Assembly (NCBI GenBank): GCA_001771545.1
Contig: MEUC01000005.1
Span: forward strand, 2,379-66,378
DNA: 64,000 nucleotides
Direction: 5' to 3'
Origin: a candidate division WOR-1 bacterium RIFOXYB2_FULL_42_35
GTDB lineage: Bacteria; Margulisbacteria; WOR-1; O2-12-FULL-45-9
Shown here: piece by piece, positions 10,370-19,846 of the stretch
Numbering within the stretch: the stretch's first letter is position 1
Layout: each line of letters starts with the position of its first letter
Translations under genes and position numbers: made by a program
Notes under the pieces: generated by a model
Seen by the model: the letters and a program-made list of their open reading frames with translations, nothing else
Database searches by the model: none
Told to the model about the DNA's origin: nothing

Positions 10370-11053
10370 TTACAAATCTCTTAAAACCTGATGACCTGAT
10401 CCCGTTAATCTCCATGTCAAAGAATCAGTCATTCCATTATAAAAGCCAATGCTCCCACCTTCTTCTATTAGATCATCATACATCAGTTTATTCGTCGCTA
10501 AGTTATATTCCTTCACAGATACCCCCAGAAATTTCTTCAAAACTTTCTGTGGCATTTCGGATTCATCAGCATTCACCAAAAGTTCAAGAATTTTTCTTTC
10601 ACTATCATTTAATTCCCTAGCCTCTCCCTTGTTCTGCTTTTTAATCCCTAAAGTAGCTTTAAATCTATCAACAATTTCTCTGATTACTTTTTTTGGATCT
10701 TTGCTCCTGTCCAAACATCTAAACTGCTCTCTCCCCTCAGTGCGGCCAAGAGGAGATACCCCATCCTCAACAATAGCAATAATTTGTTTTTTTGCATTAT
10801 CGGCACGTCCAATTTCTTGTTGGACGATCTGAGACTTATGCGCATGAAAAGTATACAAAACAACAAAAATATCCTTAGAATTGATATGGTTATTTAATTT
10901 GTCAGATAATTCTTTATCTCCCTCAGCATTCTCTGGTCGTTCCGCAATATATAAATCAATTCCCATACCGCAAAAGGCAGAAAACAATAAATCAATATAG
11001 ATTTGATCTTCTTCATGATTGCTATGGCTTAAAAAAGCTGTTTTATTTTTCAT
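10370..11053 (-). CDS. TIR-domain protein with C-terminal winged-helix DNA-binding domain
   Basis: N-terminal part AFLSHS...IDLYIAE...FVVLYTFHAHKSQIVQQEIGRA...IIAIVEDGVSP follows the TIR betaA-alphaA-betaB...betaC-alphaC pattern with a conserved Glu. C-terminal part SERKILELL...LGVSVKEYNLATNKLMYDDLIEEGG...WRLTGSG is wHTH-like. Start taken as MKNKTAF (the track ORF extends to an ATG at 11080 inside the R3 hairpin). Confidence 0.55.
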   Translation of the reverse strand: MKNKTAFLSHSNHEEDQIYIDLLFSAFCGMGIDLYIAERPENAEGDKELSDKLNNHINSKDIFVVLYTFHAHKSQIVQQEIGRADNAKKQIIAIVEDGVSPLGRTEGREQFRCLDRSKDPKKVIREIVDRFKATLGIKKQNKGEARELNDSERKILELLVNADESEMPQKVLKKFLGVSVKEYNLATNKLMYDDLIEEGGSIGFYNGMTDSLTWRLTGSGHQVLRDL

Positions 11054-11063
11054 ACAATAGTAC

Positions 11064-11113
11064 GTCGCGCAGCGACACATTCATTTGACATTTTTAATTT
11101 GACATTTGTCATT
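11064..11113. repeat. Repeat R3 (inverted relative to R1/R2): GC hairpin GTCGC-GCA-GCGAC plus core ACATTCATTTGACATTTTTAATTTGACATTTGTCATT
   Basis: Its 32-nt core differs from R4 at one position. It abuts the carA stop codon and overlaps the 5' end of the TIR gene. Confidence 0.7.
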
Positions 11114-12248
11114 ATTTATCCATTAACCTCGTAAATTCCTTAAATAGGTAGGTTGCGTCGTGTGGCCCTGGTCCAGCCTCCGGGTGATACTGAACAGAAA
11201 AGATCGGCAAGTCCTTATGCCGCATTCCTTCAACTGTTTGATCATTTAAATTAATATGGGTTAGTTCAACTTGTTTATCAGGGATGGAATCGATATCAAC
11301 AGCAAAACCATGATTCTGCGCCGTGATAGCAACTTTTCTGGTTTTTAAATCCATAACCGGCTGGTTGCCGCCATGATGACCAAACTTTAATTTATAAGTC
11401 TTGCCACCAAAAGCTAAGCCTAAAAGTTGATTGCCCAAACAAATACCAAAAATTGGCGCTTGGCCAATTAATTTTTTAATGTTTTTAATCGCATAGGTCA
11501 CAGCCGCAGGATCAGCCGGACCATTGGAGAGAAAAATCCCATCAGGCTTCATAGCCAGAACATCTTCGGCTGGAGTTTTAGCTGGGACAACCGTAACTCT
11601 ACAACCAACCCTCTCCAAATGATGCAAAATACTAAACTTAATCCCAAAATCATACGCCACAACATTGTATTTCAATTTCGGATTTTTACCTTCATTTGAC
11701 ATTTTTAATTTGTCATTTGTCATTCTAGCGAAGCTAGTCTCATTCCACACATATGGTTCTTTACAGGTCACAACTTTTACTAGATCAACACCCTCGACCC
11801 CAGGACAAGTCTTGGCTTTTTCAATCAAGCTCTTTTTAACAGTATCAACCGTTGAGATTACTCCCTTTAAAGCCCCTTGGGTGCGCAACTTTTTAGTTAA
11901 GGCTCGAGTATCTATCCCTGCAATGGCAATAATGCCATGTTTTTTGAGATATTCTGATAAGGTTTGAGTGCTCCGATAGTTAGAAGCAACCACACTGTTT
12001 TCTCGGACGACAAAACCTTCCACTTGTGGGATTGGTGACTCAATATCCTCTTCATTAACGCCATAATTACCAATAAGAGGATAAGTCATAGTAACAATTT
12101 GGCCTTTATAGGAAGGATCGGTGAGAATTTCTTGGTAACCAGTTAGCGAGGTATTGAAAACAATTTCTCCACTCTTTTCGGTTTCGGCCCCAAAAGACTG
12201 TCCCTGGAAAACTGTACCATCTTCAAGTGCGAGGATTGCTTTTGTCAC
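11112..12248 (-). CDS. carA: Carbamoyl-phosphate synthase small subunit (glutamine amidotransferase)
   Basis: [39 protein letters not shown] and [11 protein letters not shown] are CarA class-I GATase hallmarks. Confidence 0.95.
   Translation of the reverse strand: MTKAILALEDGTVFQGQSFGAETEKSGEIVFNTSLTGYQEILTDPSYKGQIVTMTYPLIGNYGVNEEDIESPIPQVEGFVVRENSVVASNYRSTQTLSEYLKKHGIIAIAGIDTRALTKKLRTQGALKGVISTVDTVKKSLIEKAKTCPGVEGVDLVKVVTCKEPYVWNETSFARMTNDKLKMSNEGKNPKLKYNVVAYDFGIKFSILHHLERVGCRVTVVPAKTPAEDVLAMKPDGIFLSNGPADPAAVTYAIKNIKKLIGQAPIFGICLGNQLLGLAFGGKTYKLKFGHHGGNQPVMDLKTRKVAITAQNHGFAVDIDSIPDKQVELTHINLNDQTVEGMRHKDLPIFSVQYHPEAGPGPHDATYLFKEFTRLMDK
11690..11734. repeat. Repeat R4: in-frame copy of the R-family core inside the carA inter-domain linker (encodes [12 protein letters not shown])
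   Basis: CATTTGACATTTTTAATTTGTCATTTGTCATT followed by CTAGC-GAA-GCTAG; it matches R3 at 31 of 32 positions. Confidence 0.65.
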
Positions 12249-12299
12249 ATGTTTTTACCTTAGTTATTATAACGAAAATTCGAGGTGGTCGCAAGGTGG

Positions 12300-12346
12300 G
12301 AAAAAACAGAAAAACACCCCCTCTCTTTAGGGGGTCGTGGTTTTAT
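12300..12346 (-). terminator. Rho-independent terminator downstream of the UPF0182 gene
   Basis: Minus-strand reading: CCCCC-taaagaga-GGGGG stem followed by TGTTTTTCTGTTTTTT. Confidence 0.65.
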
Positions 12347-12365
12347 GTGAGCGGGGTGAGTTAGA

Positions 12366-15137
12366 TTACTTCGCCAAATCTTGCAACAGCTTCTTCAGCT
12401 CATTAAGCTTTTCGCCATACGAACCAAAATTGCCTTGCTTTAAATTGGACTGCGCTTGATCAAAAACATTAAGGGCTTTTTGGGCCAGTTCTTTCGGGTT
12501 TAAATATGACTCTGTCTTCTCTTCTAATTTAACCGAGCTTCTCACCCGACCGGAAAAGACTTGAGAAAAAGCCGAGTCCAAGGATTCTCCCATAGCCACA
12601 TTATTACCATAAACCACAATTATTCTTTTTAACTGGGGCAGCTCCCCTGAAGAAGCCTCTAGATAAACCGGCTCAACATAAACAATGGAGTTTTTGATCG
12701 GAATGGCTAAAAGATTACCGCGAATAACTCGTGAACCACCTTGCCCCCACAGCGTAAACTGCTGAGAGATTTCTGTTTGTTGGTCAATCCTAGCCTCAAC
12801 CTGCATCGGCCCGTAAACCAATTTATCTTTAGGAAATTTATAAACAATTAACTTGCCATAATTAGGCATGTCTGAGCGGCCAGCCAACCAAGCAATCATG
12901 TTATCTTTATTATTAGGAGTAAACGGCAACATCAAAAGAAATTCTTCTCTTTTTTCTTTTGGCAGCCTCATTATTATATAGTAGGCTTCCATCAGCTGTT
13001 CATTGCCGGCATAAATTTCTTTGGGAATATTCCACAGGTCTTCTTGGTTGTAATAAACCTGGGGTTCATCCATATGGAAAGTTGCATACTTGTGTGCCTG
13101 GATCATAAATAAGTCGTAAGGATAACGAAGATGTTTCTTTAAGTCCTCGGGCATTTGAGCGAAAGATTTAAAAAGACCAGGATAAATCTTCTGGTAAGTC
13201 TTGGCCAAAGGATCAGCAGCATCAATAATATAAAAATCAACACTACCGTCATAAGCATTAACAACCGCCTTGACCGAGTTGCGAATATAGTTGAAGCGAG
13301 CGTAGCTTGTTCCGGTTGGGTCGGAATAGGGATAAAGATTAGAAGTTGTGTAAGCATCCTGAATCCAATAAAGTTGACCTTTGGAGATTACCAAATAAGG
13401 ATCACTGTCGTAGCTTAGAAAAGGCGCAATCGTTTTTACTCGGCCAGCGATTGAGCGGTTAAACATAATGCGGCTATCTTTGGTAATATAATCGGTTAGC
13501 AAGATTTTTAGGTCGGAGAAATTAATCGCAAAGGCCAAGCGCCGCAAGAAAGAACTAATTTGCACCCCACCCTTGCCTTGATAGGTTGAATAGACATTGC
13601 TGTCCCCTTTAGGATAATCAAATTCTTTTTCCTTGGTTTTTACAAAAACATAATTATCAGATTCTTCGCCATAATAGATCTCTGGCCGCTCAATCTTCAA
13701 ATCAGTCGAACTAACTGGCGGAATGTCTTTAACCAACAGATTAGGCAAACCATCGGAAGTCTTTTCATTTACAGGAGAGAGACAAACCCCATAACCATGG
13801 GTAAAACTCAAATGCTGGTTAACCCAGTTTTGAGCCTTGGCCGGTAGTTTAGAAATTTTTAGCTCTCGAGGAGAGAGCATGACTTCTTGATATTTGCCAT
13901 TAATTTGATAACGGTCAACATCAACATCAGCAAAGTCATAATAGAGCCGAATCCCTTGCAACTGATTGTAAGTTTTTTTGATCGGCCGCGGATCCCACAA
14001 CCTGATATTACTAATAGTTTGGGTGTTGCGACGCAAGTCCGCAAGAGAAAGGTCCTGTTCTGCCGCGAATTCTTTTTCTTCAATATTATCTAAGCCATAG
14101 GCTTGGCGAGTAAATTTAATGCCGTTGGCGATATAGGGGGACTCCATAGAAATCTCATTGGGTTTTACTTGTAGATTTTGAATAAAGGCCGGATAAATTC
14201 CCCCCATCACAACAGCAACAACTAAGTAAGTAGCCGCACCAACCAGCGGAAGCTTATAATCCTTTTGAAAAATATTGATCAAGAAAAGTGCTGACAGGAC
14301 AAATAAAACCAAGATTTGCAGATTGTAGCCCAACAACTGGGCGTTAACATCAGTATAGCCGGCACCAAAAACTATTCCACGGGCAGAGTAAAGAATTTCT
14401 AATCTTCCTAACCATAAACCCCAAGCAAACACTCCCGTCAATAAGGCCAAAAGTAATGCTAAATGGGCCTTCACCCCTCTAGCGAAAGAAACTTCAACTT
14501 GCTCAAGAGAAAAACCATTCTTGGTAAAATATATCCAGAGTGCAGCTAAACCAGAGATCATTAGCGCAGACATGATAAAACCTTGGATAAATTTCAATAA
14601 CGGGAATTGAAAAACATAAAAGCCAATATCCTTATTAAAAATAGGATCGGCAATCCCAAAGGAAGAAGCATTCAAGGCCTTGAGCACAACTTGCCATTGA
14701 GTTAAAGCAGACAGCCCCATAAAGAGAGCAACAACCAGGATCCCCAGCAACCAAAAAAGATTAGCCCTATCATGCCCTTCCGGTTGCGGCCCAACGTCTA
14801 TGATCTGGTCGTCATCATTATCGTTAGCTCCCCCCCCTTCTCCAAAAAGCTGCTCAATCATTTTTTGGATGTCAGGAGATTTTCTCCTAACCCCATTTTT
14901 TTTCAATCCTTTGGTCAAACGATTGGCAACATAAATATTAACCGCCGCAATTACCAAGAAAAGCAGGCCAAAAGCTAAGCCGGTTAAAACTTTGGCTTTA
15001 AGATTGATCCAAAAAATTGCCGAAAAACCCAGATTTTGCAGCCAGAGAAAGTTCGGATAAATAGAAATCAGGGCAGAAATAAGACTCCAAACAATAAAAA
15101 CCAAAATGATTGTAATAGCCAGGGGAAAGCGTCGCAT
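12366..15137 (-). CDS. UPF0182-family large membrane protein (COG1615-like)
   Basis: 923 aa. An N-terminal ~300 aa with multiple TM helices is followed by a large soluble domain. Size and architecture fit the UPF0182 family. Confidence 0.45.
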   Translation of the reverse strand: MRRFPLAITIILVFIVWSLISALISIYPNFLWLQNLGFSAIFWINLKAKVLTGLAFGLLFLVIAAVNIYVANRLTKGLKKNGVRRKSPDIQKMIEQLFGEGGGANDNDDDQIIDVGPQPEGHDRANLFWLLGILVVALFMGLSALTQWQVVLKALNASSFGIADPIFNKDIGFYVFQFPLLKFIQGFIMSALMISGLAALWIYFTKNGFSLEQVEVSFARGVKAHLALLLALLTGVFAWGLWLGRLEILYSARGIVFGAGYTDVNAQLLGYNLQILVLFVLSALFLINIFQKDYKLPLVGAATYLVVAVVMGGIYPAFIQNLQVKPNEISMESPYIANGIKFTRQAYGLDNIEEKEFAAEQDLSLADLRRNTQTISNIRLWDPRPIKKTYNQLQGIRLYYDFADVDVDRYQINGKYQEVMLSPRELKISKLPAKAQNWVNQHLSFTHGYGVCLSPVNEKTSDGLPNLLVKDIPPVSSTDLKIERPEIYYGEESDNYVFVKTKEKEFDYPKGDSNVYSTYQGKGGVQISSFLRRLAFAINFSDLKILLTDYITKDSRIMFNRSIAGRVKTIAPFLSYDSDPYLVISKGQLYWIQDAYTTSNLYPYSDPTGTSYARFNYIRNSVKAVVNAYDGSVDFYIIDAADPLAKTYQKIYPGLFKSFAQMPEDLKKHLRYPYDLFMIQAHKYATFHMDEPQVYYNQEDLWNIPKEIYAGNEQLMEAYYIIMRLPKEKREEFLLMLPFTPNNKDNMIAWLAGRSDMPNYGKLIVYKFPKDKLVYGPMQVEARIDQQTEISQQFTLWGQGGSRVIRGNLLAIPIKNSIVYVEPVYLEASSGELPQLKRIIVVYGNNVAMGESLDSAFSQVFSGRVRSSVKLEEKTESYLNPKELAQKALNVFDQAQSNLKQGNFGSYGEKLNELKKLLQDLAK

Positions 15138-15280
15138 AAGTAAGTACCTCCCGATTAATTTAACTCCACACGATAGATTTTAGTGTGGGGTTATTAGAGG
15201 ACTCAACTTATCACAATTCTACTTGCTTTTCAATTACACTATGTTAAGATAATGAACAAAATTGAAAAGGAGGCGACAAA

Positions 15281-15481
15281 ATGCATATTACCCCAAACGA
15301 AAGTACTCTTGACCGTTTTATTAGAATTGCCCTGGGTGGTCTTTGTATTATTACAGTTACCTACGTTAACATGTCAGCTGTTTTAGTAGCCGCACTATTA
15401 ATAATTGGAGCAATCCTACTATTAACTGCCCTAAGCGGCCACTGTTTAGTTTATAGAATATTAAAAACAAAAACCAACTAA
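15281..15481 (+). CDS. DUF2892 (YgaP-like) small membrane protein
   Basis: LDRFIRIALGGLCIIT...LLLTALSGHCLVYRIL matches the DUF2892 signature (DRxIR...G...L.T...G.CP.Y.L). AAAGGAGG RBS. Confidence 0.55.
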   Translation: MHITPNESTLDRFIRIALGGLCIITVTYVNMSAVLVAALLIIGAILLLTALSGHCLVYRILKTKTN

Positions 15482-15503
15482 TATTAATAGAATAAAAACC
15501 GTG

Positions 15504-15539
15504 CAAATCGAGGAATTAGTTTCCTCGATTTGTCTTTTC
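15504..15539 (+). terminator. Rho-independent terminator
   Basis: CAAATCGAGGA-attagtt-TCCTCGATTTG stem-loop followed by TCTTTTCT. Confidence 0.7.
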
Positions 15540-15562
15540 TAAAGTCTCTTTAAAAGAGTAAA

Positions 15563-16795
15563 ATGACAGAAGAAAACCAGATAAAAACATTCAAACATGC
15601 CAGATTTTCACACGTTCTCAGAAACAAGAATTTTCTCTGCCTCTGGCTTGACCAGCTCATGTCCCAGATAGCAGACAGATTTTTGCTTTATATTTTGCTG
15701 ATCCTTGTTTACAAACTAACAAAAAGCAACTTAGGGGTTAGTATCCCTTTACTCATTTTTGGTTTTTCTGCGGTTTTATTTGGTCCCAGCGCCGGTGTTT
15801 TTGTAGATCGCTGGAACAAAAAACATGTTATGGTTATTTCAAATCTTCTGCGGGGCGGATTGACTCTCTTGATAATTCCCTTTATGAATCATAGCCTGAT
15901 AGTTGTTTTCATAATAAGTTTTTTAATATTTACCATTTCTCAGTTTTTTGCCCCGGCAGAAACATCGAGCATCCGCCTGCTGGTGGAAAAACGTGACCTG
16001 ATTGCAGCAAATTCTCTCTTTATGATGACCTTGATGACAGCTTCTATTATTGGGATTGGTCTGGCTGCTCCCCTAACCAATTTTTTTGGAATTACATACG
16101 TGCTTATTGTTGCAGCTTTTCTTCATCTTTTATCAACCCTGGCAACACTGCTGATTTCTCTTGAACATAGAGAGAGACAAATGGCGCTTGGCTTTATTAG
16201 TTTATTCAAAGAATTACTAACGGGTTTTGAGTTTATCAGAAGAAAGGCAGTTATAAGGGGAGCACTAATAAAATTATTTTTCTCAACATCAGTGCTTGCT
16301 GCCGTATGCATGCTGTCAGTCAGTTTTTCAGAAAAAATCCTTGGGATCGGGGCGGCTAACTTTGGCTATTTGATATTTTCTACTGGGATCGGGATGGTAA
16401 TTGGGGGCTTGTTTCTGGGCCGATTTGGACATCACTTTAAAAGAAACCGCTTGGCTCACATTGGCTTTCTCTTAGCGGGGTTAGCCTTGATAACCTTAAG
16501 TCAAACACAAAATATCTGGCTAGTCTTTATTGCCATCTTTTTCCTAGGTACTGGCAATGCCTTTATCGTTACCCCCCTGCAAACCATTTTACATGAGAAA
16601 GTCCCCAAGGTTGTCCAGGGCCGCGTTTTTGGGGTGCAAAATATGTTTATTAACTCTGCCTTTACTTTTCCGGTAGTTATTTTAGGAGAGATCGCCGACC
16701 TAGTTGGCTTACACACCATTATCGCTTCGTTAGGTGTTTTAGTCTTATTAACAGGACTGCTTGATACAATTGTTAATAGAAACCAAACAGATTAA
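15563..16795 (+). CDS. MFS transporter
   Basis: 410 aa with ~12 predicted TM helices and an MFS-like N-terminal motif region (RFLLYILLILVYKLT, GPSAGVFVDRWNKK). Confidence 0.7.
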   Translation: MTEENQIKTFKHARFSHVLRNKNFLCLWLDQLMSQIADRFLLYILLILVYKLTKSNLGVSIPLLIFGFSAVLFGPSAGVFVDRWNKKHVMVISNLLRGGLTLLIIPFMNHSLIVVFIISFLIFTISQFFAPAETSSIRLLVEKRDLIAANSLFMMTLMTASIIGIGLAAPLTNFFGITYVLIVAAFLHLLSTLATLLISLEHRERQMALGFISLFKELLTGFEFIRRKAVIRGALIKLFFSTSVLAAVCMLSVSFSEKILGIGAANFGYLIFSTGIGMVIGGLFLGRFGHHFKRNRLAHIGFLLAGLALITLSQTQNIWLVFIAIFFLGTGNAFIVTPLQTILHEKVPKVVQGRVFGVQNMFINSAFTFPVVILGEIADLVGLHTIIASLGVLVLLTGLLDTIVNRNQTD

Positions 16796-18333
16796 ATTGT
16801 AATTTTCCACAATGGACACCATAATACAAAAAGCAAAATCACCAAGGCCATAAAGATCCAGAGCAGATAAACATTGAGACTTCTTCTCATAACTTTTTTT
16901 AGCATATTGCATAGTGCTTCGATTAAGGCAGCAACGCCACAATAAAACTTATCTACACTTAAATAAGACAGAAGCGTGCTATTTTCTTTCCCTCTTCCCT
17001 CTCCCACCCCCAACAACCCGAACCTAACCCCAAAAAAATAAATGGCCAGCCCTAAAAATACTGCCATTGTCGTATCAACTAACAACTTAAAATTCCAAAA
17101 CTCAAAGTGCAATAAAGCAATACCAGTTAAGGGAACAAATTTATTCAAAACCGGACCAGGAAAAAGCCCAACCACTAAACAGATCCCTGCCAAAATCAAC
17201 AGAGAAAAACACATCGGGGCAGGAACTTCATTGGTTTTTTTAAGCTGCGCCGGTAATTCACCCCAAAAAACTTGCAGAAATAATTTGAGAAAAACAGCCG
17301 TTGTCCCTGCTGCCGTGATAATTAAGGCTGTTTTGAGCCAAAGATTCCCAGCAGTCGCACTAACGATTAAAGCTTTACTGGCAAAACCATTAAAAGGCGG
17401 GATTCCAGATATCGCCAGAGCACCGATGCAAAAAGTTGCGGCAGTTATAGGCATGCGCTTGCCTAAGCCTCCTAAGTTTTTCAACTCCCTTTCCCGAGTT
17501 GCATAAATAACCGCACCCAGACAAAGAAAGAGCAGCATCTTAAATGTTGCATGGTTGAGAATATGAAAGAGCCCCCCACCTATGCCCAAGCTTGTGCCTA
17601 TGCCCATCCCCAAAAGCACATACCCCATTTGGCTTATACTCGAATAAGCCAGCAGCCTTTTAATATTAGTCTGTCTTATAGCTAAGACAACACCAAAAAT
17701 CATCGAGAGCACCCCAACCCATATTAAGAGCTGCATTCCCAGTTTAAAAATAAATAGCATTCTAATTAAGCCATAGGCACCAATTTTAATCACCAAGCCA
17801 GAAAGAAGTGCCGAGACCGGTGAGGGAGCAATCGGATGAGCATCCGGCAACCAAACGTGAAATGGCACAGCCCCAATCTCAATTAAACAACCGATTACAA
17901 AGAGAGCTAGAATAAGCTTGATTGATTCAGCCGGTAAAGTGTGCGCAACACGAGCAAATACGGCAAACTCAAAAGTCCCGGTCAGGTTATACAGCATCAA
18001 AGCTGCCACCAAAATAAACAGACCACCGGCAAACATCATAATTACATATTTAAACCCGGCAGGAAATGATTCTTTCTTAGTGTTATCAACAATTAAAAAG
18101 TAAACAGCAACAGTCATCAATTCCAAACAAATATAAAAGCTTAATAAATCCTTGGCTAAGATTGTTCCTAAAATACCGAGCAAGGCCATTAAAAGAACAA
18201 AATAGTAGCGGAATAAGTTTCGTTTTACATAAGCGAGTGAATAAACAAACACCAAAGAAAATAACATCGTAACCATAATCAACATAAAAAAACTTAAACT
18301 ATCGACCGGCCAAAATGACGTTGGAAATATCAT
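16792..18333 (-). CDS. Mrp/Mbh-type antiporter subunit D-like (NuoN/MrpD proton-pumping family)
   Basis: 513 aa polytopic protein. WLPDAHPIAPSPVSALLSG (conserved TM7/8 motif of NuoL/M/N-MrpA/D). Confidence 0.75.
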   Translation of the reverse strand: MIFPTSFWPVDSLSFFMLIMVTMLFSLVFVYSLAYVKRNLFRYYFVLLMALLGILGTILAKDLLSFYICLELMTVAVYFLIVDNTKKESFPAGFKYVIMMFAGGLFILVAALMLYNLTGTFEFAVFARVAHTLPAESIKLILALFVIGCLIEIGAVPFHVWLPDAHPIAPSPVSALLSGLVIKIGAYGLIRMLFIFKLGMQLLIWVGVLSMIFGVVLAIRQTNIKRLLAYSSISQMGYVLLGMGIGTSLGIGGGLFHILNHATFKMLLFLCLGAVIYATRERELKNLGGLGKRMPITAATFCIGALAISGIPPFNGFASKALIVSATAGNLWLKTALIITAAGTTAVFLKLFLQVFWGELPAQLKKTNEVPAPMCFSLLILAGICLVVGLFPGPVLNKFVPLTGIALLHFEFWNFKLLVDTTMAVFLGLAIYFFGVRFGLLGVGEGRGKENSTLLSYLSVDKFYCGVAALIEALCNMLKKVMRRSLNVYLLWIFMALVILLFVLWCPLWKITI

Positions 18334-19793
18334 GGCAATAACACCTTTAGGGCTGGCTGAATTAGATTAATAACCAGGGCTGGAAATATGCCGATCAACA
18401 GACATAAAAAAGCAAAAGCATAGACTGTCAGGTGCTCAAAATGTCCTACCGGGTTTGGTCTAAAGTCATGTTTATGATGGAATTCTTCCGGAGAAAAAAA
18501 CATTTGGATCACTCGAAAGTAACAAGCGGCAGTTAAAAGAATGCCTAAAAAGAGACAAAAGATGATCAGATAATTATGCTTCAATAAAACTGCCTGGATA
18601 ACAAACAATTTACTAACAAAACCATTTAAAGGCGGAATACCAATAGCCGCTAAAGATAACAAACAAAAAGTGATCGTCAGCCCGGGCATCTGCTGCCAAA
18701 CACCTTTCATCTGGTGTATTTTCCAAAACCCGGTTTGGGAAATAATAATCCCGGCACAAAAAAACAACCCTGTCTTAATCAGAGCATGATTAAAAATATG
18801 AAACAAAGCCCCTTGCAAGCCTAATTGCGTCCCCAACCCCACCCCAATTAAAATAAAACCTATTTGACTGATACTGGAATAAGCCAACATTCTCTTAATT
18901 TCAATCTGAACCAAAGCCATCGCTGAAGCAAAAATCAGCGAAACAATCCCAAAGAAAATGATTACATTGCCAACCCCATGAGTCAATAAGGTCGCGCCAA
19001 AAAACAAATAAAAGATGCGCAACATTGCATAGAGACCAACCTTAAGAATTAACCCGGAAAGAAGACCACTAACCGGCGTTGGGGCCTGAGAATGAGCCTC
19101 TGGAATCCAAGTATGCAAAGGAAACATGCCACACTTAATACCAAAACTAATCATCATCAGAGAAAAAACCACATAAACAATTTGCGGATTAGCTTGATAA
19201 ATCCCTGGGATCTGCACTGCTATAACATCCATATTCAAACTGCCGGTCAACGAATATAAAATAGCGATTGAGAGCAAAAAGAAGACCCAGGTGGCCTCGG
19301 TCATAACCAAATATTTAAAGCTGGCAATAATTGTACGTGGTTTATGCTTATAAGTAATCAAGACATAGGAAGCTACCGCTAGCATCTCAAAGAATACATA
19401 CAGATTAAAAATGTCACGAGTCAGAATAATCCCTAAGATCGACGACAAGGCTATCATCAGCAGGGAATAAAACCTTCGGGCATACAAATATATCCCCAAA
19501 GAATAAATAAGAATCAGCAAACCAACCAACATAACTAAAACCGCAAAAAAGAAACTTAATCCGTCGACTTGCAAACTGATGCCAAATGGCGCCGGCCAAC
19601 CGCCTAAGTTATATTTGATAACCTGGCCAGCCAAAACCGAACGAGCCGTTGTGGAAAGCACAAAAGCAGAGGCCAGCCAGGCAAAAATGGCAACCAACTC
19701 GGCCCCCCTTTTCACTTTAGTATACTTAGTCAAGTGAGTTAAGAAGGCCGCTAAAAGAGGAATAGATATAATTAGTATTGGTGCATTTATCAT
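18330..19793 (-). CDS. Mrp/Mbh-type antiporter subunit D/A-like (MbhH/MrpD family)
   Basis: 487 aa; WIPEAHSQAPTPVSGLLSG motif; second MrpD paralog. Confidence 0.75.
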   Translation of the reverse strand: MINAPILIISIPLLAAFLTHLTKYTKVKRGAELVAIFAWLASAFVLSTTARSVLAGQVIKYNLGGWPAPFGISLQVDGLSFFFAVLVMLVGLLILIYSLGIYLYARRFYSLLMIALSSILGIILTRDIFNLYVFFEMLAVASYVLITYKHKPRTIIASFKYLVMTEATWVFFLLSIAILYSLTGSLNMDVIAVQIPGIYQANPQIVYVVFSLMMISFGIKCGMFPLHTWIPEAHSQAPTPVSGLLSGLILKVGLYAMLRIFYLFFGATLLTHGVGNVIIFFGIVSLIFASAMALVQIEIKRMLAYSSISQIGFILIGVGLGTQLGLQGALFHIFNHALIKTGLFFCAGIIISQTGFWKIHQMKGVWQQMPGLTITFCLLSLAAIGIPPLNGFVSKLFVIQAVLLKHNYLIIFCLFLGILLTAACYFRVIQMFFSPEEFHHKHDFRPNPVGHFEHLTVYAFAFLCLLIGIFPALVINLIQPALKVLLP

Positions 19794-19846
19794 TTTATTT
19801 ATTGATGCTTATCCGCCGAAGTCTGCCGTAGGCAGACGAAGGAGGA

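Noticed and set aside
9892-11734. R-family repeats as a CRISPR array, intein or group I/II intron
   Set aside because: There are only four copies with non-uniform spacing (about 0.4-0.7 kb) containing full genes. There are no intron catalytic domains and no intein splice motifs. The in-frame copy in carA is only 45 nt.
19815-19836. Hairpin GTCTGCC-gta-GGCAGAC between mrpC and mrpD as a terminator
   Set aside because: No downstream U-tract; the genes on both sides belong to one conserved operon. More likely an mRNA stability or processing element, mentioned under the Mrp finding only.
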